DNA of 50,047 bases from Octopus bimaculoides. Taxonomy: Eukaryota. The position numbers and the translations under genes are program-made. Within the stretch, counting starts at the first letter, position 1. Every line of letters starts with the position of its first letter. Positions 36,521 through 49,633 of the stretch are shown piece after piece. A model generated the notes under the pieces. The model was not told where the DNA came from, ran no database searches, and worked only from the letters and a program-made list of their open reading frames with translations. The stretch is from NCBI RefSeq assembly GCF_001194135.2, contig NC_068983.1, positions 162,769,017 through 162,819,063 of the forward strand. Reading direction: 5' to 3'.

Positions 36521-36925
36521 GGCGCATGCGTAGCTGTGTGGTAAGTGTGTTTCCCAATCACAGGGTTCCGGGTTCAGTCTCGCTAAGTGGCACCTTGGGC
36601 CAGTGTCTTCTACTAAAGCCTTGTGAAATGATTTGGTAGACGAATATTGAAAGAAACCGCCGTGTATATGTCTGTGTGTGTGTATGTGTGTGTGTGTATG
36701 TGTGTGTGTGTGTGTGTATGTGTGTATGTGTGTGTGTGTGTGTTTGCCCCTCCCACTGCTTGACAACTGGTGTTAGTGTGTTTACGTCACAGTAACATCA
36801 GTGGTTTCTCAAAAGAAACCGATAGAATAAGTACTTGGGTCGAGCCGTTTGACTAAAATTCTTCAACGCGGTACTCCAGTATGACCGCAGTCTAATAACT
36901 GAAACGAGTAAAAGGCAAAAAAAAA
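36521..36925 (+). mobile_element. SINE family A with internal (TG)n
   Basis: Full-length collinear copy. Confidence 0.88.
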
Positions 36926-37283
36926 AAAAATGAAAGAACCAAGAGAGGAAAACATTCTAATTACCTTACACAAAAAAAAACAAAAACAAAAACGAACAGA
37001 GATAAGCGGTTTGTTTCCGAATCGATGCATTTCTTGTTAGTTTGGTGAATGGTGTGTTTGTTTGAATCGCTGTTTGGAGTTTGGTAAATTCCTATGGGAT
37101 ATATGTGCTTCGTTGCAAAAGCAAAAAGAAAAAAGGAAAAAATAAAGAAAAAAATCATTAGTGGTCTTTATATTTAAACAATTAAGAAATTTTTTGATTG
37201 GAATGTTGTGTTCATTTCTTTTTACTTGTGTTAAACCGTGCTTCCGACGAAATTTAGCCGATAGTAGCAATTGATAAGCTAAT

Positions 37284-37334
<51 letters not shown>

Positions 37335-37974
37335 GTGTGCGTGTGTATGTCTGTCCATCTATTTGTCTGTCTTTACAATATATAGTAAGATACAAATAAG
37401 ATGATAATTCCTTTTCCAAAGTGGAGATACATTTCAACGCTTATAAAAAGAAAACAGATGTTTGTTTGTTTATACCCCCCCCCCACAAATATATATATAT
37501 AGTATATAATATATCACACACGCACACATATGCATATATGCACATATATATGGGTTAGCTGTGAGTCGCTTCTCCTTTGCTTTCGTTAACTGTTTTAAGT
37601 AACCCTGTTGTTGTGGGCAGGCATGGGCACCGGATACCCTCCTGGTGTATCCACCCGAGACGCAGCGGGACGTTCTGGAGAAAGGTTGAAATAGATATAT
37701 AGAGACAGATAGAGATAGATAAAGACAAAGGTAGATAGATAATGAGAGAGAGAGAGAGAGAGAAGGTGGTGGTGGTGAAGTGAGAGTTACATCAGCACGA
37801 AGCTGGTACGTATTTTCACCTTCGTAGATTGAAGCAACGGGAACAATAATCTACCTGGTCCACGAATCAAAATTTAAGCCATATAGAGGATGCGTGATTG
37901 GCCAGGCAGGTTAGTAGAAGATAAAGATTAAAAGAATGAGTCCGAAATATTCCGAGCTAATTCTAGAGTCTTAT

Positions 37975-38460
37975 GTAGCTTGTAATATAGTAGCCTCTTC
38001 GCGTTACACAAAGTGCATATTTTTTTCTCTCCAATTCTCAAGGTAACTATGTAGTCTTTATTCTCTTTGATCCCCCAAATTTCGATAAGGCTGTGGATGT
38101 TTTTATTTCTTTATCGCTGAAGAGACTGTATGATTAATATATCTTTGTTTTGAATTCTCCAGTCTTTCCAATTTATCTTTCCGTTCCCATCGTTCCATTG
38201 TTGTCTTTGAAACTGATGTCTGTTTTATATACCACTTCTTTGGTATTTTAAACCTAGTCAAGCGGGTAGTCTACCTTATTTATGCAGACACTCTTACCGT
38301 TTATAAATGTTCTGGGTTTTCTGGTGAAAATACTTCTAGCATTCGGACTGCTACTACATATAATTTTCTTTTGAATACGGATTTATAAGGAAAATTGCTA
38401 GGGAAGTACTTACCTATCAACTCTATAAACCTTTTCCTTAGATTTACATCTGAAATTAAA
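37975..38460 (-). mobile_element. Decayed Penelope-like element: linker and GIY-YIG endonuclease remnant
   Basis: Multi-frame reading VNLRKRFIELIGKYFPSNFPYKSVFKR ... YPLD...EVVYK...IGKTGEFK.RYINH...STALSK...CTLC, with stops and frameshifts. Confidence 0.7.
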
Positions 38461-40198
38461 TGGGAGACAAACCAAATAATTATCTGGGTTCTGTATTTGA
38501 ATTTCTAAATACTGTAGATTGTTTTGTTTTCGTATTTCATATTGTTTACGGTTTGTGACGTCCTGTACGTATATATGCATATATATATATATATTATTTA
38601 TATTATATGATACAATGTCACGTATCCATTTCCAAGTAAGTTTATCTTAATAATTTTGATGCGACTCTACCCTATACTTTTCTCTCTCCTACTATCATTT
38701 TCTCTCTCATCCTTTCTTGCAAGAGTTTTTATTAATTTGTCTTAATTTCAGAAGGTTTATCGAAAGTTTTATGTACTGGTACATTAAACATAGGATGGTA
38801 TCTAAGAAATTAGTTATTTATTAGGTTGGTGCTGACTGTAATTCTTATATACACCCTGTATGTGATGTAAAAGCAATGTCGTACAATACTACTCTTGTTT
38901 CCTTCTCTACGTAATGAGCAAACGTTGCCCTCTTGAAACCAGGGAAGTTTGCGTCAATTTTATACAGAAATCGCAAAGGGAGGTAACTAATAGATTTAAT
39001 AGCTGTTTGTTAGTATTGCCCGTTAGTTGGCCGGTCACTCCATCTGGAAGACGTAGAGGTAGAGGGGATCTTGATCGATAGATGAAAGATAGAGTTGTTA
39101 GTTCTTATGTAGAGACCGTGAAGGACTCCAACGGGGCGGAGAAATAATCATTTTGTTAAAAGAGAAGGAAAGGAAACATGTTTTGTATGAGTCATTTTAT
39201 AAAATAAATTACTCCAGTCTATATTTATACTTTACGCATTTTCCCTTTTATTGTTGTTTTTCCCATTTTTAAAAGGAAACATACAACAATATTCACACAC
39301 GTACACACACACACACACACGCACACACACACACACACACGCACGTTCACACACTGACGAATAAAAAAACGTTATTTGCGATTGTAATTATTGTTATGCA
39401 TCATAAATATTAAATATTAAAAGGAATCCTGTGTGCGAAGCATGTGTGTGGTCGTTACAAATGATAACGGCAAATACAACCAACAAAAACTATAGCAATG
39501 CAAACTCACACATTGCTGGTTTGCATATCTTTATGATATAAATTCTATTGGTCTTTCAAATATAAATGGAACATAATAGAATGAAGTCAGAATGATTATT
39601 AAACATTGTATATAATGGAGCCAAAAATTGCAAGAAGGTTATTGCAAGTATAATTCCTGTTGCAATCCACCGTGGGATTAGTATTAAGACTTATGAGAAA
39701 ATCTCTGATTTCTTTTAAATAAATTTCTATCGTACATACTTCTGGCATATTGATACTCTATTATTAGTTCTTCCTTAATATTCATCTATAAATGTACTGA
39801 TTATACATTTGAAGACTTGAGAATGCAATTTGATTAAAGTTGGACTTTTGTATGTTTATGGTCTATTCCCAAGCGATAACCGGTACAGTCGTAAACTTTG
39901 ACAACGACATTTCATTGACAACACAAAAACCAACCGTTTGATATGTTGAGAAAGTGAAACAATTCTGTCCGTGATATTAATTTCCGTTCTATTCAATGCC
40001 CAATGAACTAAGAGAACAATGTAGAGACTTTAGAATCCTAAATTAAATGAATATTTCCTTAATGTTTTTCAAAACAACATAGAAACTGATTAAATTGATT
40101 CAGAGTCAGCAATATTTGAATAAAAACATATGATTAAGAGAGCAAAACTATATAGCCTATATATATGTGTGTGTGTGCGCGCGTGAGTGTGTGCGTGC

Positions 40199-40240
<42 letters not shown>

Positions 40241-40782
40241 GCACTGTTTAAAGTATGATACGAGATACAAATCAATATATCTCCAAAGGTTCTAAAGTGT
40301 TGATAAGAATGTACGACACGGGGCAACTTCAATCGGTGCTATGGCAATCGACAGACAATTTTCACTCTAAAAGCCGGTTTCCACTCACTTCTTTCGACTG
40401 AATGACTTCCATTTATTCTGGTTCAAAGCTGCAATCATCCCCTTCTAAGACATCTGCATCCTTTTCTGCTCTTTGAAATCATCCAATTACAAGCAATTTT
40501 TCGACTATATCTATTGCTGCATCAACGGCCTTTATCCTACTTCCCTCACACCTGAAGCTATTTTGGTTCTCGTGCTTATTCTATACAGAGGCTGGTGGTG
40601 TTCAAAACACGGTTTCCCTCATCACTGAATCAACTGCACGCTGAATGCAACAAGTCAATCTCCTCCAAAACTTTCTCTTGCCACTGTCAGATTCATCATC
40701 GCACACATACACGCCAAGCGAGAAAGCAATTCATGTTTCTTCAAACCAACAAAACCACTGATCTTAATTAATATTTTTTTCT

Positions 40783-40980
40783 ACTCTAGGCACAAGGCCC
40801 GGAATTTTTGGGGAGGAGGCTAGTCGATTAAATCGACCCCAGAATGCAACTTGTACTTAATTTAACGACCCCGAAAGGATGAAAAGTAAGGTCGACTTCG
40901 GCAGTATTTGAACTCAGAACGTAAAGATAGACAAAATACCGCTAAGTATTTCGCCCAGATTATCTTCATAACATCGCCCC
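40783..40980 (-). mobile_element. SINE family C
   Basis: TTTTTCTACTCTAGGCACAAGGCCCG...ATTTGAACTCAGAACG. Confidence 0.88.
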
Positions 40981-41097
40981 GCACAGTTGTTAGCTCCACA
41001 TCCTCATCAGACTCTCTCCCTCTCTCTTTCTCTCTTTCTCTCTTCTACAGGACTTTATGCCGATCTTTGGTAAAGCGTTATAGTGTATCCCATTCTT

Positions 41098-41422
41098 GTG
41101 AAGGCGCTTGGGTAAGTGCTTATGGTATTCAGCTCATGATTGTAAGATGGTGAGTTCAATTCCTGGCTACGTGTTGTGTTCTTGAGCAACACATTTTATT
41201 TCAAGTTGTCCCAGTCTACTCAGCTAGCAAAAAAGGAGTAGTACCTATATTTCATAGAGCCAACCTTGTTACACTGAGTGTCACACTGAATCTCCCTGAG
41301 AACTACGTTGAGTGTATGCGTGGTTGTGGAGTACTCAGCCACTTGCGTGTTAATTTCAAGACCAGGCTGTTCCGTTGATCGGATCAACTTGAACCCTCTT
41401 CGTCGTAACCGACGGAGTGTCA
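41098..41422 (+). mobile_element. SINE family B, decayed
   Basis: Collinear with 9700-10028. Confidence 0.88.
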
Positions 41423-41427
41423 GTTAA

Positions 41428-41510
41428 CCCTCTGACCCTGGAAACTATCGTCTTGTCACGTAATCCCCTTTCACATGTCTAAGATGATAGGGACAACCAT
41501 TACTAACTCT
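41428..41510 (+). mobile_element. Small CR1/L2-type RT N-terminal remnant
   Basis: PSDPGNYRLVT*S.../MSKMIGTTI resembles the DP.NYRP.SLTS..SK.ME motif. Confidence 0.45.
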
Positions 41511-41692
41511 CCCTCTCTCCTCCTCTCTCTCGAGTTAATGACTACTACTTGTACAACCGGAGATCTACTATGTTATGTCACTCATCGCTAGCAGCTGTTG
41601 GACCCAGCGCTGCTTGTGTTTTCTGTGTTGAAGTTAAGCCCACTTCTGACTTTGTATTGAATAAGCATTTCCTTAGAGACTATTCTATCAAT

Positions 41693-41739
<47 letters not shown>

Positions 41740-41764
41740 ACATACATACACACATATATATGCG

Positions 41765-41990
41765 TATATGGGTACAGGACGTCACAAACCGTAAACAACA
41801 TGAAATACGAAAACAAAAGAGTTGAATACGCAAAACAACGAAGAAACAAATGGAAAACAGGACAAGTAACATAAAGAACGACCCTTCATCAGTTGTCGCC
41901 TGTCCATCTACTCCTCACTTCAAGCATTGAACGACAATATGAGTTTTCGAAGGCAGTTGCTCCAGAAAACTAAAATAAAATTTGGGATTT
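41765..41990 (-). mobile_element. PLE-type terminal repeat; same family as the + fragment at 38520-38575
   Basis: TTTTGTTTTCGTATTTCAT(G/A)TTGTTTACGGTTTGTGACGTCCTGTAC is shared. Contains CTGATGAAGGG. Ends at (TA)/(TG). Confidence 0.5.
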
Positions 41991-42722
41991 GCGACGGTCA
42001 AGGCGTAAAACGAAATATAATGCACAATGTCACGAAGAGAAGTCATCCTATACGTGAATATCATACGTTAAACATGAGATAATACGTAAAATATATTTTG
42101 CACGAAGTAGGGCCGAATCAAACACATTAAATACTTAAAACTTCAGAAGGTTCTCAATCTAAATTTAATTTCTACAGGGGAAACATTGTCTTAGACTCTG
42201 CGGAGGTTGATAAAATTAGTGAAAGTCACATTGAATTTGCTGTTCCCAGTTCTTGAACAAATGGCTTCGTGTCAAAGAAAGAAATCAATAAGTTAACAGC
42301 CATCTTTCACTGGCAAAGCCTCACATTCACATTATAAATGATTCCTACGTATGCAACATCTCGTCTTCCCCGCCTCCTCTGCTCCTCCTCATTATCGTTC
42401 TTTATCTTCTTCCCTCCTTCTCCTCCTCCTCCTCCTCCCCCTCTCTCTCTCCCTCTCTCTCTTCATCATTATCATTCTTATCGCTCTCATTCATATCTTT
42501 TAGATGATAATGTTTAGAATTATAATTGAATTCATTTATCGAACAGCCTAATGTTTGCACCATTGATAGCAGCGCCCTTATCGTGTAATCATATACAGCC
42601 AGTTACAATGTTATTTTAAACATAAGCCGCATGTTATCCGCTTCATTTGATGAACGACAGCATCGTTACTGAGACACATAATGATTTTTAACTATACACA
42701 TACACACACACACACACCCACT

Positions 42723-42727
<5 letters not shown>

Positions 42728-42797
<70 letters not shown>

Positions 42798-42904
42798 GAG
42801 TTTTATGTGTAACATAGAATGTCAGCTTGTGAGATGCCCTGAATATACTTTACTGGTTCATAAATTGATCATTATTTCCCATATTCACATTCTGTCTGTA
42901 TGTA

Positions 42905-42974
<70 letters not shown>

Positions 42975-43003
42975 ATCTATCTATCTACGCACACACACAC
43001 ATA

Positions 43004-43081
<78 letters not shown>

Positions 43082-43260
43082 CAAAATACTGTATTTTATA
43101 TAGTGTGTTAGCGATAATATGTATGTGTACATGTGTGAATATATATTTGTGTGTGTTTGTGTGTGTATGTGTGTGTGTGCGCACGTCTGTGTGCGTGTGT
43201 ATATATGAATCATAATTATATCATACCTACCTTTTTCTCTCTCTTTCTCGCCCCCTCTCT

Positions 43261-43320
<60 letters not shown>
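42728..43320. repeat. Cluster of (TA)n, (TATC)n and (TG)n microsatellites
   Basis: Direct. Confidence 0.95.
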
Positions 43321-43323
<3 letters not shown>

Positions 43324-44257
43324 AAGAGGGGAAGGACGTTGTTATGATACACATGCGTACGCATGTGTGTGTGTGGAGAGACAGGACAAAGTGGGAAATA
43401 AAATCTAATTTATTTACATATATATGAATGATATTTCATCTCCCATGTCTAGGTCTACCTTGTTCTGTCCTCATATAGGTACAAAAAGATAGTTATATAA
43501 AACATACGTAGAAACACACCTACATACTTACGTACTCCATCCCACAGACACATATGTATATATTTAGCGAGAGGGAGAGATCGATTTTCGTATCTAAAAT
43601 TATATTTTCTATAGTGTCCTTACCATTTTCAAAGCAATATAATGTGATTTGAGGTAGTTTCTATTGCTATTTCACAGAGTTTGACCAACCGAAAGACTAT
43701 GTTATTTGTAGAATTCTCTAAATTTAAGACTTGAAAGAAATCGAGTGAAATCAATGACAAAATGAAGAATTTAAATTCTTGCAGAGTTGTTTTTTTTTAA
43801 ATAAGGATTAAAATTATCGTCTGTTCATCAGAAATAGTCATTTATTTTGCTGATGGACTCTCGGTGTCTTAGATTGACCCTTGGTATCCAAGATAGACCT
43901 CTTTGTATGTAAGATGGACTCTTGATGAAGTCGGCATATAAACACTTTATCAGTACTCATCAACGTTTGAATTTCGAAAAGGTTGGAAAGGGAGAATAAA
44001 GTAAAATATTGAGAATACTAAAGTATATATTGTTTATACTATACTCGTATGATGTATTGTCGAAGTATGTATAAGATATATGTTTAACTTATAAAATACG
44101 ATTCTAGAAAAATATTACGCTCATTTTCTGATACTCTAATTTATATATCTACATATTCTAACCACCCTATTATTAAGGAATGCTAATTTAGAACGGAATA
44201 TCTTATTAACACTCTCAAGTACTTCTGTGAATGAAGATATTTTCAGAAACCATTCAC

Positions 44258-44494
44258 GCCTAAGGCGGCGAGCTGGCAGAAGCGTTAGTACGCCGGACGA
44301 AATGCTTAGCGTTATTTCGTCTGCCGTTACGTTCTGAGTTCGAATTCCGCCGAGGTCGACTTTGCCTTTCATCCTTTCGGGGTCGATAAATTAAGTACCA
44401 GTTACGCACTGGGATCGAGGTAATCGACTTAATCCCTTTGTCTGTCCTTATTTGTCCCCTCTATGTTTAGCCCCTTGTGGGCAATAAAGAAATA
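44258..44494 (+). mobile_element. SINE family C subfamily with alternative tail, young copy
   Basis: Perfect 13-bp TSD AGAAACCATTCAC at 44245-44257 and 44495-44507. B box GAGTTCGAATTCC. Confidence 0.92.
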
Positions 44495-44654
44495 AGAAAC
44501 CATTCACTTTATAATGTAGCCTTACGTGGAAGTAGTTTTAGAGAAAATCACGTTTTGTTAACACCACAGACAGGTTCACTAATAGTAATGGAAATAGACG
44601 CATAGCGTGGTTCAACCCACCATATAATACAAAGGTAAAAGGTCTCTTGCTTAC

Positions 44655-44679
44655 CTAGTCCAGAAAGAGATATCGTCTT
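44655..44679 (-). CDS. Candidate 22/25-nt micro-exon (DISFWT)
   Basis: Long pyrimidine tract with CTAAC branch-like motif, tandem AAG/AAG acceptors and TAG|GTAAGC donor. Confidence 0.4.
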
Positions 44680-44865
44680 CTTTCAGAAGCAAGTTAGAAA
44701 GAAACAAGATGAACAATGCATAAGATTAAAATGAAACCAACTGGATCTGTGTAATTCCAGGGATTTTTCTTTTGACGATTAATGGTAAAATCAATTCTAC
44801 AGAGTATAAATGTGAGATAAAAGACGATACTTCTACAAAGGTGGATGTGCTGAAACTATCTAAGG

Positions 44866-45110
44866 CAGTGGTTCTGAACCAGGGTCCATATGACTCTTGA
44901 GGGTCCATATATGATTTTGTTGTTAAAAGTTACGTGCAACGGATTGGATTTACTTCTACAATACACAAAATATCCTAATAATAATATTTAACTATAAAAA
45001 TACAGTGGGATTGTTTTTATATACATTAAATAGCTAAGGGTGGTCATGTTCAGAAGATTTAAATAAGAATAAAAGAAGTCCATAAGCAAAAGAACGGTTG
45101 AGAACCACTG
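44866..45110 (+). mobile_element. hAT-Charlie-type MITE
   Basis: TIRs CAGTGGTTCTGAACC and GGTTGAGAACCACTG. TSD ATCTAAGG / ATCTAAAG, close to the Charlie nTCTAGAn preference. Confidence 0.88.
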
Positions 45111-45499
45111 ATCTAAAGTGAGATACCACAAGTACGAGATGGATTCCTTTCGGAATGAAGTTTCTAAGAACGTAAACGAACTCGTTGTTTAATTAAGCAC
45201 AGAGGTTGAAAATGTACCGAATGGCATGATGTAGTCAATATAAGCAGAGGCGATAGTCTTTGTAATAAACCGGAGAACATGTAATTTATGTTGGATGGAA
45301 ATATATGACATTCTCTTTATTAAGACGATTCCTCAGTAAGAATCTACTTGAGAATGGTCTCAAGTAGATTTCCTCTATTACATCTTGAAATGGTGGTCCG
45401 AAAGGATGGCATTATTACTTGAATACAGTAGTTCTGGATAATTTATGGGTTTATTTCACTGAATTTATAATTTGTTTTTATTGATAGTCGTTAAGCTAG

Positions 45500-45657
45500 G
45501 ATAACTTGATAGTCTATATACATATATATGTGCATATGTGTATATGTATATATGTGCATATATATATAATATATATATATATATGCATATGTACATAAAT
45601 ATGCATATATATGCGTATGTATATGCATATGTCCATATATATGCATATGTACATATA

Positions 45658-45691
<34 letters not shown>

Positions 45692-46185
45692 CGTATATGT
45701 ACATACATACATATATATATAAATGTATGTGTATGTAAATATGTATGTATATATATATATATATCTTTGCTTTTATTTATTTACTTTATTGGTTTAGGAG
45801 ATCACATATTTCATTGTACATGTATGCGTTTGTATCTCTCTCTCTTTTTCTTCCTCCTTATCTCTCTTTCCGTATACACACACACACACACACACAAATA
45901 TACCTGCATAAATGCACACACCCACATATATACATTGGTTGAGTCAATCTCTTGCTACTCTGAATTTTGCCTGTTGGCCTTCAGGTAAGGTATGACTCTC
46001 AAAAACAATGGAATTTGAGTACACTTTTTCAACTGTTAATATGAAATGGATACACACACACACGCACACGCACACATGTATGTATGTATGTATGTATGTA
46101 TGTATGTATGTATGTATACTAAACGGTTATATCTATCTATCTATCTATCTATCTATATATCTATCTATCTATCTATCTGTCTATA
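45500..46185. repeat. Complex TA/TG/CA/TATG/TATC microsatellite field
   Basis: Direct. Source of several spurious YI-rich ORFs. Confidence 0.93.
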
Positions 46186-47014
46186 TCAATGATATTAGTA
46201 AAATACGTTAAAAGTAATGGAGATAAACTTTCTTTCTTTCTTTCTTTCTTTATATTCAGATATAAAAGGCGTGGTTTGTCCTAAGGTTAGAATATTGCTT
46301 ATCAAGTTTTTCTCTTGCTGTGTACCGCTGGAAAGTCAATATTTGTCTCTGATTAAGAAGTCTGTGATCGCGTTCTTTTATAACTGCTTAAAATATAACT
46401 CGTCACTGACAAGAAATTAGGGTCAGATGGGAGTTCTTTTACAATATCTTTCGGTACCATTTTCTGATTTATCTTCGTTCAAAGTCGTTCTTCTTTTTCG
46501 CTGTGGAAATCTTTTCCATAAATTTTTGCGTAATCTTTAAACCGATGCTGTTGTTGTTTTCTTCACAATTTTCTAGACTCATCTTCTTCAGATTTCGTTT
46601 CTTATTTTCTTATTTCCTTAATTGCTAGATTTTTTTTTCTTTCTCTCCTGAATTTAACCGTTGTTTCGATCGGAGACTTCAGTCAGCATGGAAGGTGTCT
46701 ATTACCTAAAATTTTTCTTGATATCATTCTTCGCGTGTTTGGAGAACAGAACTTTCTGTATCCAAACACCATAATTATAAATTTGCATTTCCTGCAGGTA
46801 TTCGGAACTGTTACCTTTGTGAGTCATTAAAATGTGTTTCTGTCGTTGAATAAATTGTAAATCTTTGCAATGTATTCGTTTGTATCATTAAATCTAAGCT
46901 TCCGGTTCTTGTTCTTCCTACATCTTACAATGCCTCGGTTATTTCTAAAGTCGTTTTGAATGCGACTTTCACGTTAAATATTTGTATTCTTTTATTTGTA
47001 GTTATATTCTTTCC

Positions 47015-47180
47015 TTTGTTTCAGTTGTGCACTGCAGCCATGCTGGAGCATCACTTTGAAGAATTTAGTAGAGGAAATCGACCGCAGTCGATTATTTAAT
47101 GTCAGATATCTATTCTATCGTGCTCTATTTGACTAATGGCTAAGTTACCGGGATGTTAACAAACCAACGCTTGTCAAACA
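47015..47180 (-). mobile_element. SINE family A, decayed 3' half
   Basis: CTGCAGCCATGCTGGAGCA...TATTCTATCG...GCTAAGTTAC...CTTGTCAA. Confidence 0.75.
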
Positions 47181-47304
47181 TTATATGGAAGTGGGGCAAA
47201 ATTGGTAACTGTGTCATAATGAATAATTTCTGATTTCTTGTTATTTTCTCCCATTCGGTACCATTACATCATCTTTGAAGTAAAATTTGGTAAGCATAAT
47301 TTAC

Positions 47305-47349
47305 ATGGTTGTTGTTGAAGTTGAGAGTTTGAAACATGGGTCTCAGGTA
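47305..47349 (-). CDS. Candidate 45-nt exon (PETHVSNSQLQQQP in phase 1)
   Basis: TTTCTTTTTTTTTAAATAG acceptor and CAT|GTAAAT donor. Confidence 0.3.
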
Positions 47350-49540
47350 CTATTTAAAAAAAAAGAAATTTCCTCAAATTTGATCCGATTGTAACTGAGG
47401 AAGCTAATAAAATATGTGGATAATTTTTGGCGAAGAAGCTATAAAGAATATTTTATGTTGAGTTTTTAGGTTTAGTTGAGGTTCATTAATATCATATTAT
47501 GTGCTATTTTCCCATAATCCTCTTTCATTGGATCAAGATATTAAAATTTTGTTGCGTTTCTGATGTCTAAGGATGGATGTTTATGTGCATGACGCTTTTT
47601 TTCAAATTTAATTCTGGAGAAATGGAAGGGCATGTCTTGTTTTGTCTTGTCTTACCCATATTGCCCCGCCTCAGTTTGCTTTTTATATGCTCAAAGAGAA
47701 CAGTGATAATTTTCTGAAAGTGTTCTGAATATGTTATAGGTTGTAACTGCCGATATAGTTCTGCTGATATGGTTGTAACTGCCGATATAGTTTTCTCTGC
47801 TTAAATAAATGGCTGAAAACGTCGCTTTAGAAATACACTTTTTCAAAATTCAAATTTCGTTTTTCACACATCTACGTGCAGTGTTTGATTTTTCCTTCAT
47901 TATGAAAAGTACACTGAAGGAGAGAAGAGTGGGGTAAGAGTTTTTTTCTTTCTTGTCTTTTAATATGAGTTACATATGTTTCAGAATGTAGAATAAGATA
48001 AAAAGACAAAAAATTACGAAAAAGAAAAAAAAATCATTTTTGTGNNNNNNNNNNNNNNNNNNNNNNNNNNNNNNNNNNNNNNNNNNNNNNNNNNNNNNNN
48101 NNNNNNNNNNNNNNNNNNNNNNNNNNNNNNNNNNNNNNNNNNNNNNNNNNNNNNNNNNNNNNNNNNNNNNNNNNNNNNNNNNNNNNNNNNNNNNNNNNNN
48201 NNNNNNNNNNNNNNNNNNNNNNNNNNNNNNNNNNNNNNNNNNNNNNNNNNNNNNNNNNNNNNNNNNNNNNNNNNNNNNNNNNNNNNNNNNNNNNNNNNNN
48301 NNNNNNNNNNNNNNNNNNNNNNNNNNNNNNNNNNNNNNNNNNNNNNNNNNNNNNNNNNNNNNNNNNNNNNNNNNNNNNNNNNNNNNNNNNNNNNNNNNNN
48401 NNNNNNNNNNNNNNNNNNNNNNNNNNNNNNNNNNNNNNNNNNNNNNNNNNNNNNNNNNNNNNNNNNNNNNNNNNNNNNNNNNNNNNNNNNNNNNNNNNNN
48501 NNNNNNNNNNNNNNNNNNNNNNNNNNNNNNNNNNNNNNNNNNNNNNNNNNNNNNNNNNNNNNNNNNNNNNNNNNNNNNNNNNNNNNNNNNNNNNNNNNNN
48601 NNNNNNNNNNNNNNNNNNNNNNNNNNNNNNNNNNNNNNNACTGTTCTCCAGAAATAACTGGCCACCGTCTGAGAAAGGATACCGAATAACGACAGTTCGT
48701 GTGTTATCACTTGAGCCGTATTTTATTTCTGACTTCAGCATTTTCGTAATTCTCGATGGCCAGGTTTCACAACAAACGAGCATGTTATGATGAAGATGTA
48801 TCATCATCCTAAGCAGCAACAGCAGCAACAACATTAACAGCAGCAACAACACTAACAGCAGCAACAGCTGCAGCAGCACCCTACACTTTATAAACGCCTG
48901 CTTTCTTGTGCGGTGAGGTCAATTCACATCAATCCTCAAGGAAAAACTACCCGTGATAGTACAGTATCTTATCCAGGAATAGATTTTCACCTCATTTACA
49001 TAACCTGTAGTGGAGTCGAACGCCAATACTATAGATCATAAGGATCCATACTATCCGTATGATCAAAAAAATATATAGTTTTTAGCTCAGATGCACTAAA
49101 AAGACCTCGATAAATCTATCCAGGAAAGTTTGCGGATATTAATACGACAATAGTTTGTTTTCAGTTGTGTATTATATTCACATAATGATGCGTTTAGGAC
49201 AAATAGCTCGCTCGAACAGATGGGGTTTATGCTTGGCCAATCTTCCTAACGATCTATTTCAAATGCCAGTTATGATTGATTATAACGTCTCCATTTTTCC
49301 ACTATGTTCACCATACACAGCGTTCTGGACATCATTGTGAAGCAGACATTTTTTCACTCTCTAACAATTCATGTACGACATTTTACCATTAGTTTTGTGA
49401 TTAATTTACTTTCTGGCGCTTCTCGTTGGAAGATCCACTTGCAATATGACAAACAAATAGCAAAACAATACACACACACACAAACACAGACACACACAAA
49501 CACAGACACGCATATGGAGTGAAGGTACGTGTCCGTGAGA

Positions 49541-49630
<90 letters not shown>
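49541..49630. repeat. (TG)n microsatellite
   Basis: Direct. Confidence 0.98.

Positions 49631-49633
<3 letters not shown>

Noticed and set aside
40290-40700. Possible decayed R4/Dong RT C-terminal region on the minus strand (RCEGSRIKAVDAA)
   Set aside because: Only one weak motif resemblance amid many stops, too little to call.
46430-46990. Possible decayed RTE-type LINE on the minus strand
   Set aside because: The composition is suggestive, but no unambiguous motif could be read.
47739-47792. Short local tandem duplications (also 18610-18660, 19470-19515, 28710-28800)
   Set aside because: Ordinary slippage products with no further structure.
48780-48900. CAG/AAC-rich tract as a polyQ or polyN coding exon
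   Set aside because: The Gln frame has in-frame TAA codons, and there is no supporting splice pair or homology.
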